From assembly GCA_020852295.1 (NCBI GenBank), contig JADZBC010000009.1, positions 7,081-71,080 on the forward strand: a DNA stretch of 64,000 nucleotides, written 5' to 3'. Below the pieces are notes generated by a model. That model did not search any database, was not told where the DNA came from, and saw only the letters and a list, made by a program, of their open reading frames with translations. Both the position numbers and the translations under genes were made by a program. Shown here in pieces: positions 8,954 through 17,454 of the stretch. Origin of the DNA: a bacterium. Lineage in GTDB: Bacteria > Patescibacteriota > Saccharimonadia > CAILAD01 > JADZBC01. How positions within the stretch are numbered: position 1 is the first letter of the stretch; every line of letters starts with the position of its first letter.

Positions 8954-9982
8954 ATGAAAATTCTCGCTATCGAAAGTAGCTGTGACGAAACAGCAGCGGC
9001 CGTCATTGCCGACGGACGCAAAGTCTTAAGCAGTGTCATTGCCAGTCAAATAGATATTCACGCCCAGTTTGGTGGCGTTGTGCCTGAAGTGGCGGCGCGC
9101 AGCCACATTGAAGTCGTGATACCAGTGATCGAGCAGGCTCTCCGAGAAGCGAGCACCGACTGGAATGACATTGATGCTATTGCAGTCACGCGTGGCCCGG
9201 GACTCATCGGTTCACTCCTCATCGGTACCCTCACCGCCCAGACTCTCGCAGAGCTTAAGCACAAGCCCCTGATTGGGGTCAATCATATCGTGGCGCACGC
9301 TTTCGCTGCCAACCTGACCGATACGCCACCGAGCTTTCCGATGCTCGCGCTCACCGTCTCGGGCGGACACACCGCACTGACACTCTACCAAGACGACCTT
9401 TCCGCTGAAATCGTCGGTGAAACCCAAGATGATGCTGCTGGCGAAGCTTTCGACAAGGTGGCCAAGCTGCTCGGCCTGCCCTACCCTGGCGGTCCAGCCG
9501 TCAGTAAAGTAGCGGCCGATGGCAACGACACGGCCTACCCATTTCCTCACGCCAAGCTCCGTAATCCGCTCGACTTTAGTTTTTCTGGGCTCAAAACAGC
9601 GGTACTGCGACAAGTGCAGCAGATCACCGGCGTCAACCCGGGCGATCTCACCATCCCAAAGAGCTATGAGCTCGAGCCTCAAGTACTCGCCGATATTGCA
9701 GCTTCATTTGAGAAAACAGTCGTTGATACACTCGTGAAAAATACCAAGCTAGCCATCGAACAATACCAGCCAGCCAGTGTCGTGGTGGGTGGTGGCGTCG
9801 CGGCCAACAAACGCCTGCGCGAAGAGCTCAGCCAAGCTGTACCTGGCGCCATCTTCGTTCCTCCAGTGCTCTGTACCGACAACGCTGCCATGATTGGCGC
9901 ATTGGCCTACCAAATGCAAAAACGAGGCCGCGTGACCTCGCCTTTTGAACTAAAAGCTGACTCTAGCCTCGAAGTGCTCTAA
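8954..9982 (+). CDS. tsaD: tRNA N6-adenosine threonylcarbamoyltransferase
   Basis: MKILAIESSCDETA, GGVVPEVAARSH, VSGGHT, DDAAGEAFDK, CTDNAAMI; start reassigned to ATG 8954. Confidence 0.96.
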   Translation: MKILAIESSCDETAAAVIADGRKVLSSVIASQIDIHAQFGGVVPEVAARSHIEVVIPVIEQALREASTDWNDIDAIAVTRGPGLIGSLLIGTLTAQTLAELKHKPLIGVNHIVAHAFAANLTDTPPSFPMLALTVSGGHTALTLYQDDLSAEIVGETQDDAAGEAFDKVAKLLGLPYPGGPAVSKVAADGNDTAYPFPHAKLRNPLDFSFSGLKTAVLRQVQQITGVNPGDLTIPKSYELEPQVLADIAASFEKTVVDTLVKNTKLAIEQYQPASVVVGGGVAANKRLREELSQAVPGAIFVPPVLCTDNAAMIGALAYQMQKRGRVTSPFELKADSSLEVL

Positions 9983-11037
9983 ATTTCACCAACCGTACTG
10001 ATACGCATCTGAGCGATCGAACCATCACTCGCCAAGCTAACCCACTCTTTAAGCTGGACGCCAATGTCCGTTTCACGTGTTGCAGTCGCTACCTTGTTGC
10101 CATTTTCGTCAGGCTCTGACTCCTGGAGGTCATTTGGCTCTTTGGCACCAACAAGCTGGTAGACCGCTCGCGCAGTCTCAAGTGCCATGTCGGCATTTGG
10201 AAACTCAGCCACATTACTCTGTGAGGCGGTTGCAGGGTCAAATTCATAAAGAACTTGCTCGGTTACCTTTTGTCCCGCCGAGCGAGTCTGAAGTATCTCC
10301 GAAACCACTGTAGCAGCCTTGCTGAGGCGTTCGCTCTTGAGTTTGTCGTTACGAGCAAAGTCTTCGCGAGCCTTCTGCGTGAGGGCCTCTTTTTGCTTCT
10401 GAAGAAGTGCTACGAGCTCCCTATTGTCCATCGATTGCGCATTTGCAATCATGGTGTCTACCGGTGCAGTTACCTTATCGATATGTTCTTTGAGACGAGG
10501 ATTGTCGGACGATACAGACGGCGCAGCTGGCTTTTTGGCCTCTGCCTTCTTGTCTGTCTTCGGTGCGTCCATTTTTGGTGGCTCTGGTGGAGCTACTGGC
10601 GGTTTCGCATCGGCTACTGCGTCATCAGCTTTGGCAGCTCCTAGCTTTGCGACAGCATCGTCAATCGCGGCAGCGTCATCTGGCTGAGCAGCTGGCGCAG
10701 GGGAGGCAGGGTTTGGATTGAGTGGCGGAGCCGGTGGTGTGCTAACCTCGGGCTTTTCATCGAGATCTGGTGGCATCGGGATTGGATTTGGCATAGTGGC
10801 GCTATCCTCAGCGGGCGCCTCAGGAGGAGTAAATGGCGATGCCGGAGGCGTGCTATCAGTGCTTTCGGCGGTTACCAGCACACTCACTGCCTGAGTAGGC
10901 ATAGCTGCAGCATCATCGCCCGCGACTGCAGTCGGTGGGGTGCCAAGCGCATTAGCTTCGGCCATTGGCGTAAATGGTGATGCGTCGGTTGATACTGTAG
11001 GGGCCGGCGGTGTTACCACCGAAGTGTCGTCTGCCAC
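9979..11037 (-). CDS. Hypothetical protein, Pro/Ala-rich disordered N-half, helical C-half
   Basis: 352-aa ORF with low-complexity composition. Confidence 0.75.
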   Translation of the reverse strand: MADDTSVVTPPAPTVSTDASPFTPMAEANALGTPPTAVAGDDAAAMPTQAVSVLVTAESTDSTPPASPFTPPEAPAEDSATMPNPIPMPPDLDEKPEVSTPPAPPLNPNPASPAPAAQPDDAAAIDDAVAKLGAAKADDAVADAKPPVAPPEPPKMDAPKTDKKAEAKKPAAPSVSSDNPRLKEHIDKVTAPVDTMIANAQSMDNRELVALLQKQKEALTQKAREDFARNDKLKSERLSKAATVVSEILQTRSAGQKVTEQVLYEFDPATASQSNVAEFPNADMALETARAVYQLVGAKEPNDLQESEPDENGNKVATATRETDIGVQLKEWVSLASDGSIAQMRISTVGEI

Positions 11038-11142
11038 AATTACCTCGATATTATACTTATGTTTAGTTTATCGCTTGTGCTTTATCCGGTCAAATGCTGT
11101 ACTCACTGGTGAAGTGAGTCAAATTTTAGTACTCTATTACCT

Positions 11143-13524
11143 ATGGAGAAGGCTTACCAGCCACAAAAATACGAGGCGGAGATCTATGCTCAATGGGAAA
11201 AGTCTGGTGCATTTGCGCCAACCGATGACCCAAATGCTGAGCCGTTTACTATCCTTATGCCGCCACCCAACGCAAACGCAGACCTACACATTGGTCATAC
11301 ACTGACAACTGCGCTGGAAGATATCATGGTGCGCTACGCCAGGATGCAAGGAAAAGCTACCCTCTTTCTGCCAGGGGCCGATCATGCCGGGTTTGAAACC
11401 CAGGTAGTTTACGAACGCCGCCTCGAGGCCGAAGGCAAGAGTCGGTTTGACTTCGATCGCAAGGAGCTCTACCAGCAAATCTGGGACTACGTCCAAGCCA
11501 ATAAGTCTAAGATGGAAGACCAGCAGCGTCGTATCGGGGCGAGCGTAGACTGGAGCCGCAACACCTTTACTATGGATCCGCATGTTGTCGCTCAGGTGTA
11601 CCGCACATTCAAGCAGCTCCATGATGACGACCTGCTGTACCGCGGTCAGCGAATTGTAAACTACTGCACAAAGCACGGTACATCCTTTTCAGAGCTCGAA
11701 GTTGAGTACAAAGAAGATGCTGGCCAGATATGGCGGGTTCGCTACCCGCTGACAGATAGGGCTGACGAGTATATTGAAGTCGCCACTACTCGCCCGGAAA
11801 CGATGCTTGGCGACAGCGCCATTGCAGTGCACCCCAACGATGAGCGATACGTCCACCTGATTGGAAAAACCGCTACCCTCCCCCTCGTTGGCCGAGAGAT
11901 TCCTATTGTTGCCGACGAGCTGGTCGATCCAAAATTCGGGACCGGTGCAGTCAAGGTTACTCCGGCGCACGACCCGAATGACTTCGAGATTGGCCAACGT
12001 CACAACCTGCCCTCTTACCAAGTGATTGGTTTTGACGGCCTTATGACCGACTGCCCCAAGCCATACATCGGCCTGGACATAGATGCCGCCCGCACAGCAG
12101 TGATCAGTGACCTCCAAAAGCAAGAGTTCCTCGTTGACGTTAAGCCCCATCAGCACTCGGTTGGCCACTGCTACAAGTGTGATACCCCCATACAGCCACT
12201 CGTCATGGATCAGTGGCTCGTACGTATGCAGCCATTGGCACAGCGAGCAATCGCAGCTCTTGAAGCGGGTAAGATCAAGATAGTTCCTCATCGCATGCTC
12301 AAAATACTTTTCCAGTGGCTCGAAAATATTCGCGACTGGAATATATCCCGTCAGATCGTTTGGGGCATTCCGATCCCCGCCTTTATTGCTGAAGATGGCG
12401 AGATCATCGTCGACATCGACGAAAAAGGCGATCAGATCGAGCGCGGCGGCAAGGTATTTCAGCGCGATCCAGATACGTTCGACACCTGGTTTTCATCCGG
12501 TCAGTGGCCGTTCACCACGCTTCACTTCCCTGACGGCAATGACTTCAAGCGCTTCTACCCCACTTCTGTCATGGAGACAGCCGGCGAGATCATTTTCTTC
12601 TGGGTTGCACGCATGATCATGCTCGGTCTCTATGTGACAGGAGAGGTACCCTTTAAGACTGTCTATCTCCACGGCCTTGTGCTCGATGCCCATGGCAAAA
12701 AAATGAGCAAATCACGCGGAAACGTTATCGCGCCAATGGTGTTACTTGATAAATTTGGTGCCGATGCAACCCGAATGGGTTTAGTCGCGGGACGCAGCGC
12801 CGGTCTTAACCAGGGTTTTGACGAAAAGCGCGTTGAGGGCTACCGCAATTTCTGCAATAAGCTCTGGAATGTCGCGCGCTTTTCACTCATGAAGCTCGGT
12901 GACAACTACAAGCCATCGGATATCGCCCTCACCTCCCCGGCCGATCACTGGATCGCCATCGAGACAAATCATGCTATCAAGCAAATCAGCGATGCGCTCA
13001 ATGCATACCGCTTTTCGGAAGCCGTTGAGCTCACCTACCACTTCATCTGGCACACTGTCGCCGACACTTACATCGAGCACACCAAAAATGAACTCAACGC
13101 CCCCCTCCTCGCCCACCTGATTGAGACCTGCCTTCGACTCATTCATCCATTTGCGCCTTTCGTATCTGAGGCGATTTGGCAACAGCTGCCGTGGACCGAT
13201 TCTATGCTTATATCAGAACACTGGCCGAACATGATTGAGGGTACTAAAAAAGACCAGGCTAAGCTGTTTGAGAAGAGTATTTTGGCCGTGAAAGCTAAGG
13301 CCGACTCCGAAAAGGCTCTCGCCGCAGCCAAGAGGGAGCTGGAGCTCAAGAAAAACCACCAGCAGATTTTGCAAAATAAGCTCGCCAACAAGGCCTTCGT
13401 GGAGAATGCTCCGGCGGCTCTGGTCGAGGCAGAACAGGCCAAGCTTGAGAGTGTTACAATGGAGCTACAGGAGCTAGCAAAAACCATTGATACACTCCAA
13501 GATTCGTCATCATCTCAAAACTAA
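11143..13524 (+). CDS. valS: Valyl-tRNA synthetase
   Basis: PPPNANADLHIGH, KMSKS, TTRPET, WNISRQ. Confidence 0.97.
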   Translation: MEKAYQPQKYEAEIYAQWEKSGAFAPTDDPNAEPFTILMPPPNANADLHIGHTLTTALEDIMVRYARMQGKATLFLPGADHAGFETQVVYERRLEAEGKSRFDFDRKELYQQIWDYVQANKSKMEDQQRRIGASVDWSRNTFTMDPHVVAQVYRTFKQLHDDDLLYRGQRIVNYCTKHGTSFSELEVEYKEDAGQIWRVRYPLTDRADEYIEVATTRPETMLGDSAIAVHPNDERYVHLIGKTATLPLVGREIPIVADELVDPKFGTGAVKVTPAHDPNDFEIGQRHNLPSYQVIGFDGLMTDCPKPYIGLDIDAARTAVISDLQKQEFLVDVKPHQHSVGHCYKCDTPIQPLVMDQWLVRMQPLAQRAIAALEAGKIKIVPHRMLKILFQWLENIRDWNISRQIVWGIPIPAFIAEDGEIIVDIDEKGDQIERGGKVFQRDPDTFDTWFSSGQWPFTTLHFPDGNDFKRFYPTSVMETAGEIIFFWVARMIMLGLYVTGEVPFKTVYLHGLVLDAHGKKMSKSRGNVIAPMVLLDKFGADATRMGLVAGRSAGLNQGFDEKRVEGYRNFCNKLWNVARFSLMKLGDNYKPSDIALTSPADHWIAIETNHAIKQISDALNAYRFSEAVELTYHFIWHTVADTYIEHTKNELNAPLLAHLIETCLRLIHPFAPFVSEAIWQQLPWTDSMLISEHWPNMIEGTKKDQAKLFEKSILAVKAKADSEKALAAAKRELELKKNHQQILQNKLANKAFVENAPAALVEAEQAKLESVTMELQELAKTIDTLQDSSSSQN

Positions 13525-14350
13525 TTTTCTCAGCCTCGGCGTTCTAATATTTCTCATCGGGGGACTGACTTGGGCACTTGCTTGGCCACGACTACTGAGC
13601 TGGCGAGACTCCCAACTCAAAACCTTCGTGTCGTCAGCTCAGCAAAGCCTAGAGCGTGGCGACATCGCTGCAGCACAGATCGAACTACAGAAGGCAAGTG
13701 TGCTTGGTATCTATAGCCGCATACCAGCAGACGGCTGGACCGATCTGTACGTTAAGCTTGGCCGCTACGACAAGGCAGCAGAGCAGCTCAGCGCCTGGCC
13801 ACTCAAGGTGGATAACAAGAGGGTGGGGAGCTATTACCTACTCGGCCAGCGCTACGACCAGGCTGAGCAGCTGCTTGAGCAGGCAATCAAGCAAGATCCC
13901 GTCGCTGAAAACTATGCACTGCTTGCCACCTCCCAGCTCAACCAGGGAAAGCTAGGCCCGGGTTGCGAATCCGTTGCCAAGATCAGCAAGAATGATCTTA
14001 ATAATCTTCAAGGGGAGCGCCTCACTAGCGCCTGTCAAATTCTCAAAGCCGGCATCAGCCAGCGCAAAGAAGCATACGATTTATTACAGCTCAACATTTT
14101 ACCCCAAGCAGAGCAATTTTTGACTGCGCAGCAGCAGCTCAGCCCGAGTGACTGGGCAACACTGGCAAACTTGTCGGCCAGCAGGGGAGACTACGCCAAA
14201 GCCATTGAGCGCAGCGAGGCCGGCGCAAAGCTCGACCCCACCAATGTAGAGCTTCAAGCGCAGCTTGCTCGCTATTATCAAATCCAGAACAACCAGGAAC
14301 AATCCACAGTTCATCAACAGCTGCTCAAGTTACTACGCTTCCCTTATTAA
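13487..14350 (+). CDS. Membrane-anchored TPR-repeat protein
   Basis: N-terminal TM helix; helical repeats (LGRYDKAAEQL, GDYAKAIERSEAGAKLDP). Confidence 0.75.
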   Translation: MIHSKIRHHLKTNFLSLGVLIFLIGGLTWALAWPRLLSWRDSQLKTFVSSAQQSLERGDIAAAQIELQKASVLGIYSRIPADGWTDLYVKLGRYDKAAEQLSAWPLKVDNKRVGSYYLLGQRYDQAEQLLEQAIKQDPVAENYALLATSQLNQGKLGPGCESVAKISKNDLNNLQGERLTSACQILKAGISQRKEAYDLLQLNILPQAEQFLTAQQQLSPSDWATLANLSASRGDYAKAIERSEAGAKLDPTNVELQAQLARYYQIQNNQEQSTVHQQLLKLLRFPY

Positions 14351-14435
14351 AGCCTTTCATTTTCATATGGATAAAAAGCCTTTATTTAAAGGATATTTTT
14401 ACATCTTGTATACTATGTTTGTTCGTTTTATATGG

Positions 14436-14455
14436 TGTGGATAGTCTGTGTATAA
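14436..14455. promoter_or_regulatory. Tandem DnaA boxes upstream of the tRNA-Ser promoter
   Basis: TGTGGATAG (14436-14444) and TGTGTATAA (14447-14455); degenerate TATGGATAA at 14366-14374. Confidence 0.55.
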
Positions 14456-14476
14456 GCCAAGCGTCGCCCCTCAGAC

Positions 14477-14505
14477 TTGGCCTCAGACCCGTGAAAAGGT
14501 ATAAT
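14477..14505 (+). promoter_or_regulatory. Sigma70 promoter for the tRNA-Ser pair
   Basis: TTGGCC-17-TATAAT. Confidence 0.6.
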
Positions 14506-14526
14506 AGCGTGGTCAAATTCAGATAC

Positions 14527-14619
14527 GGAGAGGTACCCAAGAGGCTGAAGGGGCTGGTTTGCTAAACCGGTAGGGCGGGGTAACTTGCCGCGAGGGTTCG
14601 AATCCCTCCCTCTCCGCCA
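14527..14619 (+). tRNA. tRNA-Ser(GCT)
   Basis: Cloverleaf with long variable arm, loop TTGCTAA, GTTCGAATC, ends GCCA. Confidence 0.96.
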
Positions 14620-14633
14620 AGTTTTTTTTATTT

Positions 14634-14725
<92 letters not shown>

Positions 14726-14740
14726 ATAATGCAACGTTTG

Positions 14741-14772
14741 AACCCCGGTCTCGGATGAGAGTGGGGTTTTTT
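14741..14772 (+). terminator. Intrinsic terminator after tRNA-Ser pair
   Basis: AACCCCG-G-TCTC/GAGA-G-TGGGGTT hairpin plus T-run. Confidence 0.65.
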
Positions 14773-14870
14773 GCATCTCGGGGCATCCGACAGGACTTGC
14801 CGCGCATCCTCTGTAGTCATTCCTGACATGCGCCGGGTGCCAAGCTACATAGTTGTATAATGAAGTTGTT

Positions 14871-15443
14871 ATGCTAACTCAAAAAAGAAGAAAGGGTAGG
14901 GGTTGGTTTTGGCGATATAGCAACACGCTACTGTTGGCCGGCAGTTTAGTGTTGCTTGGTGTGCTTGCACAGACGCCAGCTCTTGATCAGTTCGTCCAGA
15001 CGGTGGGCTCGTTGGGCTACGTAGGTGCTTTCATAGCGGGCATATTCTTTGTGTCGACCTTTACGGTTGCGCCCGCTGCACTCGTCTTGATCCACTTTGC
15101 GCAGAGCCTTGATCCAGTCGAAGTAGCTTTATTAGGTGGTGCTGGTGCTGTAGTCGGCGACCTGATTGTCTTCAGTTTGCTCCGTGACCATGTGTTTGAT
15201 GAGCTCAAGCCGCTCTTTCGCAGGCACCGGCCAAAACGTTTGCTTGGTCTCATGCGCAGCCCCTATTTCGCCTGGATATTACCAATCATTGGTGCTGCGA
15301 TCGTTGCCTCTCCTTTACCAGACGAAGCTGGCGTTGGTCTACTAGGCGCGTCAAAGATGCGTCGGTGGCATTTTGTTGCACTCACCTTCTTGCTGAATTC
15401 GATAGGCATTTACATAATCGCAACCAGCGTGCGCTTGAATTAA
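14871..15443 (+). CDS. DedA/VTT-like membrane protein
   Basis: GAVVGDLIVF and SPLPDEAG motifs, multiple TM helices; TATAAT 9 nt before ATG 14871. Confidence 0.7.
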   Translation: MLTQKRRKGRGWFWRYSNTLLLAGSLVLLGVLAQTPALDQFVQTVGSLGYVGAFIAGIFFVSTFTVAPAALVLIHFAQSLDPVEVALLGGAGAVVGDLIVFSLLRDHVFDELKPLFRRHRPKRLLGLMRSPYFAWILPIIGAAIVASPLPDEAGVGLLGASKMRRWHFVALTFLLNSIGIYIIATSVRLN

Positions 15444-15581
15444 CGCCGCAAGGTCATCCCAAAAAACCTGGTTCAACCCCTGTTCTAGGAGAGCCGCCAA
15501 TAGTAAATCCCGAATCAGCTTCGGCTGATTTTTATTTTCATTGATTACGCCTGTCGACAAGCGTACACTGAGCTCATCACC

Positions 15582-15983
15582 ATGAAAACAGCTGGTTTTG
15601 CAGTCATAGAGCACAAGGGGAGTTATCTACTCGTACTCGAAAAAATCCCTACTGAATACGGCCTCTGGGGCCTACCTGGTGGCAAAACTGACCCAGGAGA
15701 AACAGTCGAGCAGGCAGCCGTTCGGGAAGTGTTCGAAGAAGTCGCATTATCTGTTTCACTTGAACGTGAACTTTTCGCCGCCATAGATCACGATATACAA
15801 AAGCACTTATTTTTGGCGCGCGGAAAACATAGACAAGCCCGAGCAACTGACGATGTCTTGTGCCACCACTGGTTTTCTTTTGACCAGATCAAAAAGCTGC
15901 ACGCAGCAGGGCGACTACGGGGCGACTGGGTCATGGCGGCAATCGCTGCCGCCGAAAGGGCCCGCACTCGCTTGCCAGCATAA
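15582..15983 (+). CDS. NUDIX hydrolase
   Basis: PGGKTDPGETVEQAAVREVFEE Nudix box. Confidence 0.9.
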   Translation: MKTAGFAVIEHKGSYLLVLEKIPTEYGLWGLPGGKTDPGETVEQAAVREVFEEVALSVSLERELFAAIDHDIQKHLFLARGKHRQARATDDVLCHHWFSFDQIKKLHAAGRLRGDWVMAAIAAAERARTRLPA

Positions 15984-16018
15984 GCAGTCTGCATCATAAT
16001 AAGGCCAAAGGTGAGGGT

Positions 16019-16633
16019 ATGAACGACGAACAGCAACCAGTAAAGGGGCCGCGACAGCAGCCCGTCCAGCAGCCAGAGAAAAAACAGGGGAGGTTTGCCG
16101 CAGCTTTTGGGGCGCTCGTTGGGCCCGACAAGGAACAGGTTATTTCGCACCCAGACGAAGAGCCGGCCGAACCCGAGGTGTCACTTCTTCAGTGGCGCGC
16201 ACCCGAGTTTGCCTACACCAAGAAGCCCGTTGGTTGGTTTGTGGCACTCGGCGTGCTTTTTGCTGGCCTAGTTGCGCTCGCCATCTACACACAACAGTGG
16301 CTGACGATCGGTCTACTGGCCGTTATGGCTATCGCGGTCGCCGTATATGCCAACCGGGAGCCCCGTGAGCTCGACTACGAAATAACCAACTACGGCATCA
16401 AGATTAACGACAAAGACTACGACTTCGACAAATTCCGCTCGTACTATGAGATGGACGACTACGGTCACAAATACATCGACTTTGTGCCGGTAAAGCGGTT
16501 TGACCTGCTTGTTTCTATACCAGTACCGCCAGAACTCGAGGACGACATCGAAGACCTCATGAGTCAGGTGCTGCCCAAGACCGAGACGCGCAATGACGCT
16601 ATCGACAAACTCTTTCGCTTCCTCCGCTTCTAG
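16019..16633 (+). CDS. Hypothetical membrane protein (2 TM helices, small C-terminal domain)
   Basis: WRAPEFAYTKKPVGWF followed by two hydrophobic helices. Confidence 0.75.
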   Translation: MNDEQQPVKGPRQQPVQQPEKKQGRFAAAFGALVGPDKEQVISHPDEEPAEPEVSLLQWRAPEFAYTKKPVGWFVALGVLFAGLVALAIYTQQWLTIGLLAVMAIAVAVYANREPRELDYEITNYGIKINDKDYDFDKFRSYYEMDDYGHKYIDFVPVKRFDLLVSIPVPPELEDDIEDLMSQVLPKTETRNDAIDKLFRFLRF

Positions 16634-16680
16634 CCTTCCAATTATTGCTCGTTTAAGGTAAAATAAGCCGGTTCTAACGC

Positions 16681-16757
16681 GCGCTCGTAGCTCAGTTGGA
16701 TAGAGCGTCGGTTTGCGGTACCGGAGGTCGCAGGTTCGAATCCTGCCGAGCGCACCA
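16681..16757 (+). tRNA. tRNA-Arg(GCG)
   Basis: GCGCTCG/CGAGCGC acceptor, TCGGT-TTGCGGT-ACCGG anticodon arm, ends ACCA. Confidence 0.93.
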
Positions 16758-16798
16758 GAGGCCCATAAATCAGCAATGGTTTGTGGGCCTCTGGTTTT
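16755..16798 (+). terminator. Intrinsic terminator after tRNA-Arg
   Basis: CCAGAGGCCCATAAA...TTTGTGGGCCTCTGG plus TTTT. Confidence 0.8.
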
Positions 16799-16802
16799 CT
16801 GG

Positions 16803-16831
16803 TTGACTCTATTGGATTTTCAGGTTAGAAT
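16803..16831 (+). promoter_or_regulatory. Sigma70 promoter for the tRNA-like array
   Basis: TTGACT-17-TAGAAT. Confidence 0.8.
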
Positions 16832-16849
16832 TTCTTTTGCTTTTACAGC

Positions 16850-16925
16850 GAGGGCGGAGCTCGGCCTGGCTGAGCGCTCCCTCAACCCGAGGGAGAGGTC
16901 GGAGGTTCAAATCCCCCCGCCTTCA
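16850..16925 (+). ncRNA. tRNA-like element 1 (G3.U70, A73; 7-bp stem with 5-nt loop in place of the anticodon arm)
   Basis: GAGGGCG/CGCCTTC; GCTC/GAGC; CTCCCTC-AACCC-GAGGGAG; AGGTC; GGAGG-TTCAAAT-CCCCC. Confidence 0.75.
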
Positions 16926-16968
16926 CTGGGTCTCGAGACGCTGCCATGTGCCGTCTCGGGACTCGCTT

Positions 16969-17064
16969 GCGAGTAAACGCTGGGTGATGGCACCCCAGCT
17001 CCTGTTGCCGCAGGAATAGGTTTCGTGATCTCGCCTATCGTGGGTTCGGGTCCCACTACTCGCT
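16969..17064 (+). ncRNA. tRNA-like element 2 (Gly-type acceptor and U73, long D stem, long variable arm)
   Basis: GCGAGTA/TACTCGC-T; GCTGGG/CCCAGC; TCCTG-TTGCCG-CAGGA; ATAGG/CCTAT; GTGGG-TTCGGGT-CCCAC. Confidence 0.75.
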
Positions 17065-17090
17065 CGAGGCAGGCATGCCACAAAATGCCG

Positions 17091-17172
17091 CGGGCTGTAG
17101 CGCAAAGTGCCTTCGGGCCGGTAGCGCGCTGCCTTCGGGCAGAGGTTGCTGGTTCAAGTCCAGCCAGCCCGA
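17091..17172 (+). ncRNA. tRNA-like element 3 (tRNA-Pro body, anticodon loop replaced by cUUCGg)
   Basis: CGGGCTG/CAGCCCG-A; TA-GCGC..GGTA-GCGC; CTGCC-TTCG-GGCAG; GCTGG-TTCAAGT-CCAGC. Confidence 0.8.
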
Positions 17173-17280
17173 CGAGAGGGAGCCCACAAAGCACGGCAAG
17201 CCGAGTAGGCAACTCCCTCTGGTGGGTGGATCGATGAATGTACGCATGACACGCGTAAACTGTCGATCCACCCACCCCAC

Positions 17281-17355
17281 GCCCCTGTAGTTCGCGGTAA
17301 GAACACTGGGGAATCCACGCCCCAGAGGTTGGCTGTTCGAATCAGCCCAGGGGCT
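17281..17355 (+). ncRNA. tRNA-like element 4 (U73, 6-bp stem with 8-nt loop AATCCACG)
   Basis: GCCCCTG/CAGGGGC-T; GTTC/GAAC; CTGGGG/CCCCAG; GGCTG-TTCGAAT-CAGCC. Confidence 0.78.
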
Positions 17356-17383
17356 CAAAGGCTCGATCAGCCTCAATGATCAC

Positions 17384-17454
17384 GCGCCCGTAGCTTAAGC
17401 GGCAAAGCTCTGTCTCTTAAACAGGAGTTGAGGGTTCGAATCCCTCCGGACGCA
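17384..17454 (+). tRNA. Atypical tRNA-Lys(CTT)-like element 5
   Basis: GCGCCCG/CGGACGC with one C.A mismatch, CTGT-CTCTTAA-ACAG short stem, GAGGG-TTCGAAT-CCCTC; no encoded CCA. Confidence 0.6.

Noticed and set aside
16969-17064. tRNA-Sec
   Set aside because: No TCA anticodon, 7-bp rather than 8-bp acceptor, U73, and no sel genes in the window.
16713-17376. Several 60-120 aa ORFs across the tRNA-like array
   Set aside because: No RBS or protein-like composition; they overlap tRNA-like structure on both strands.
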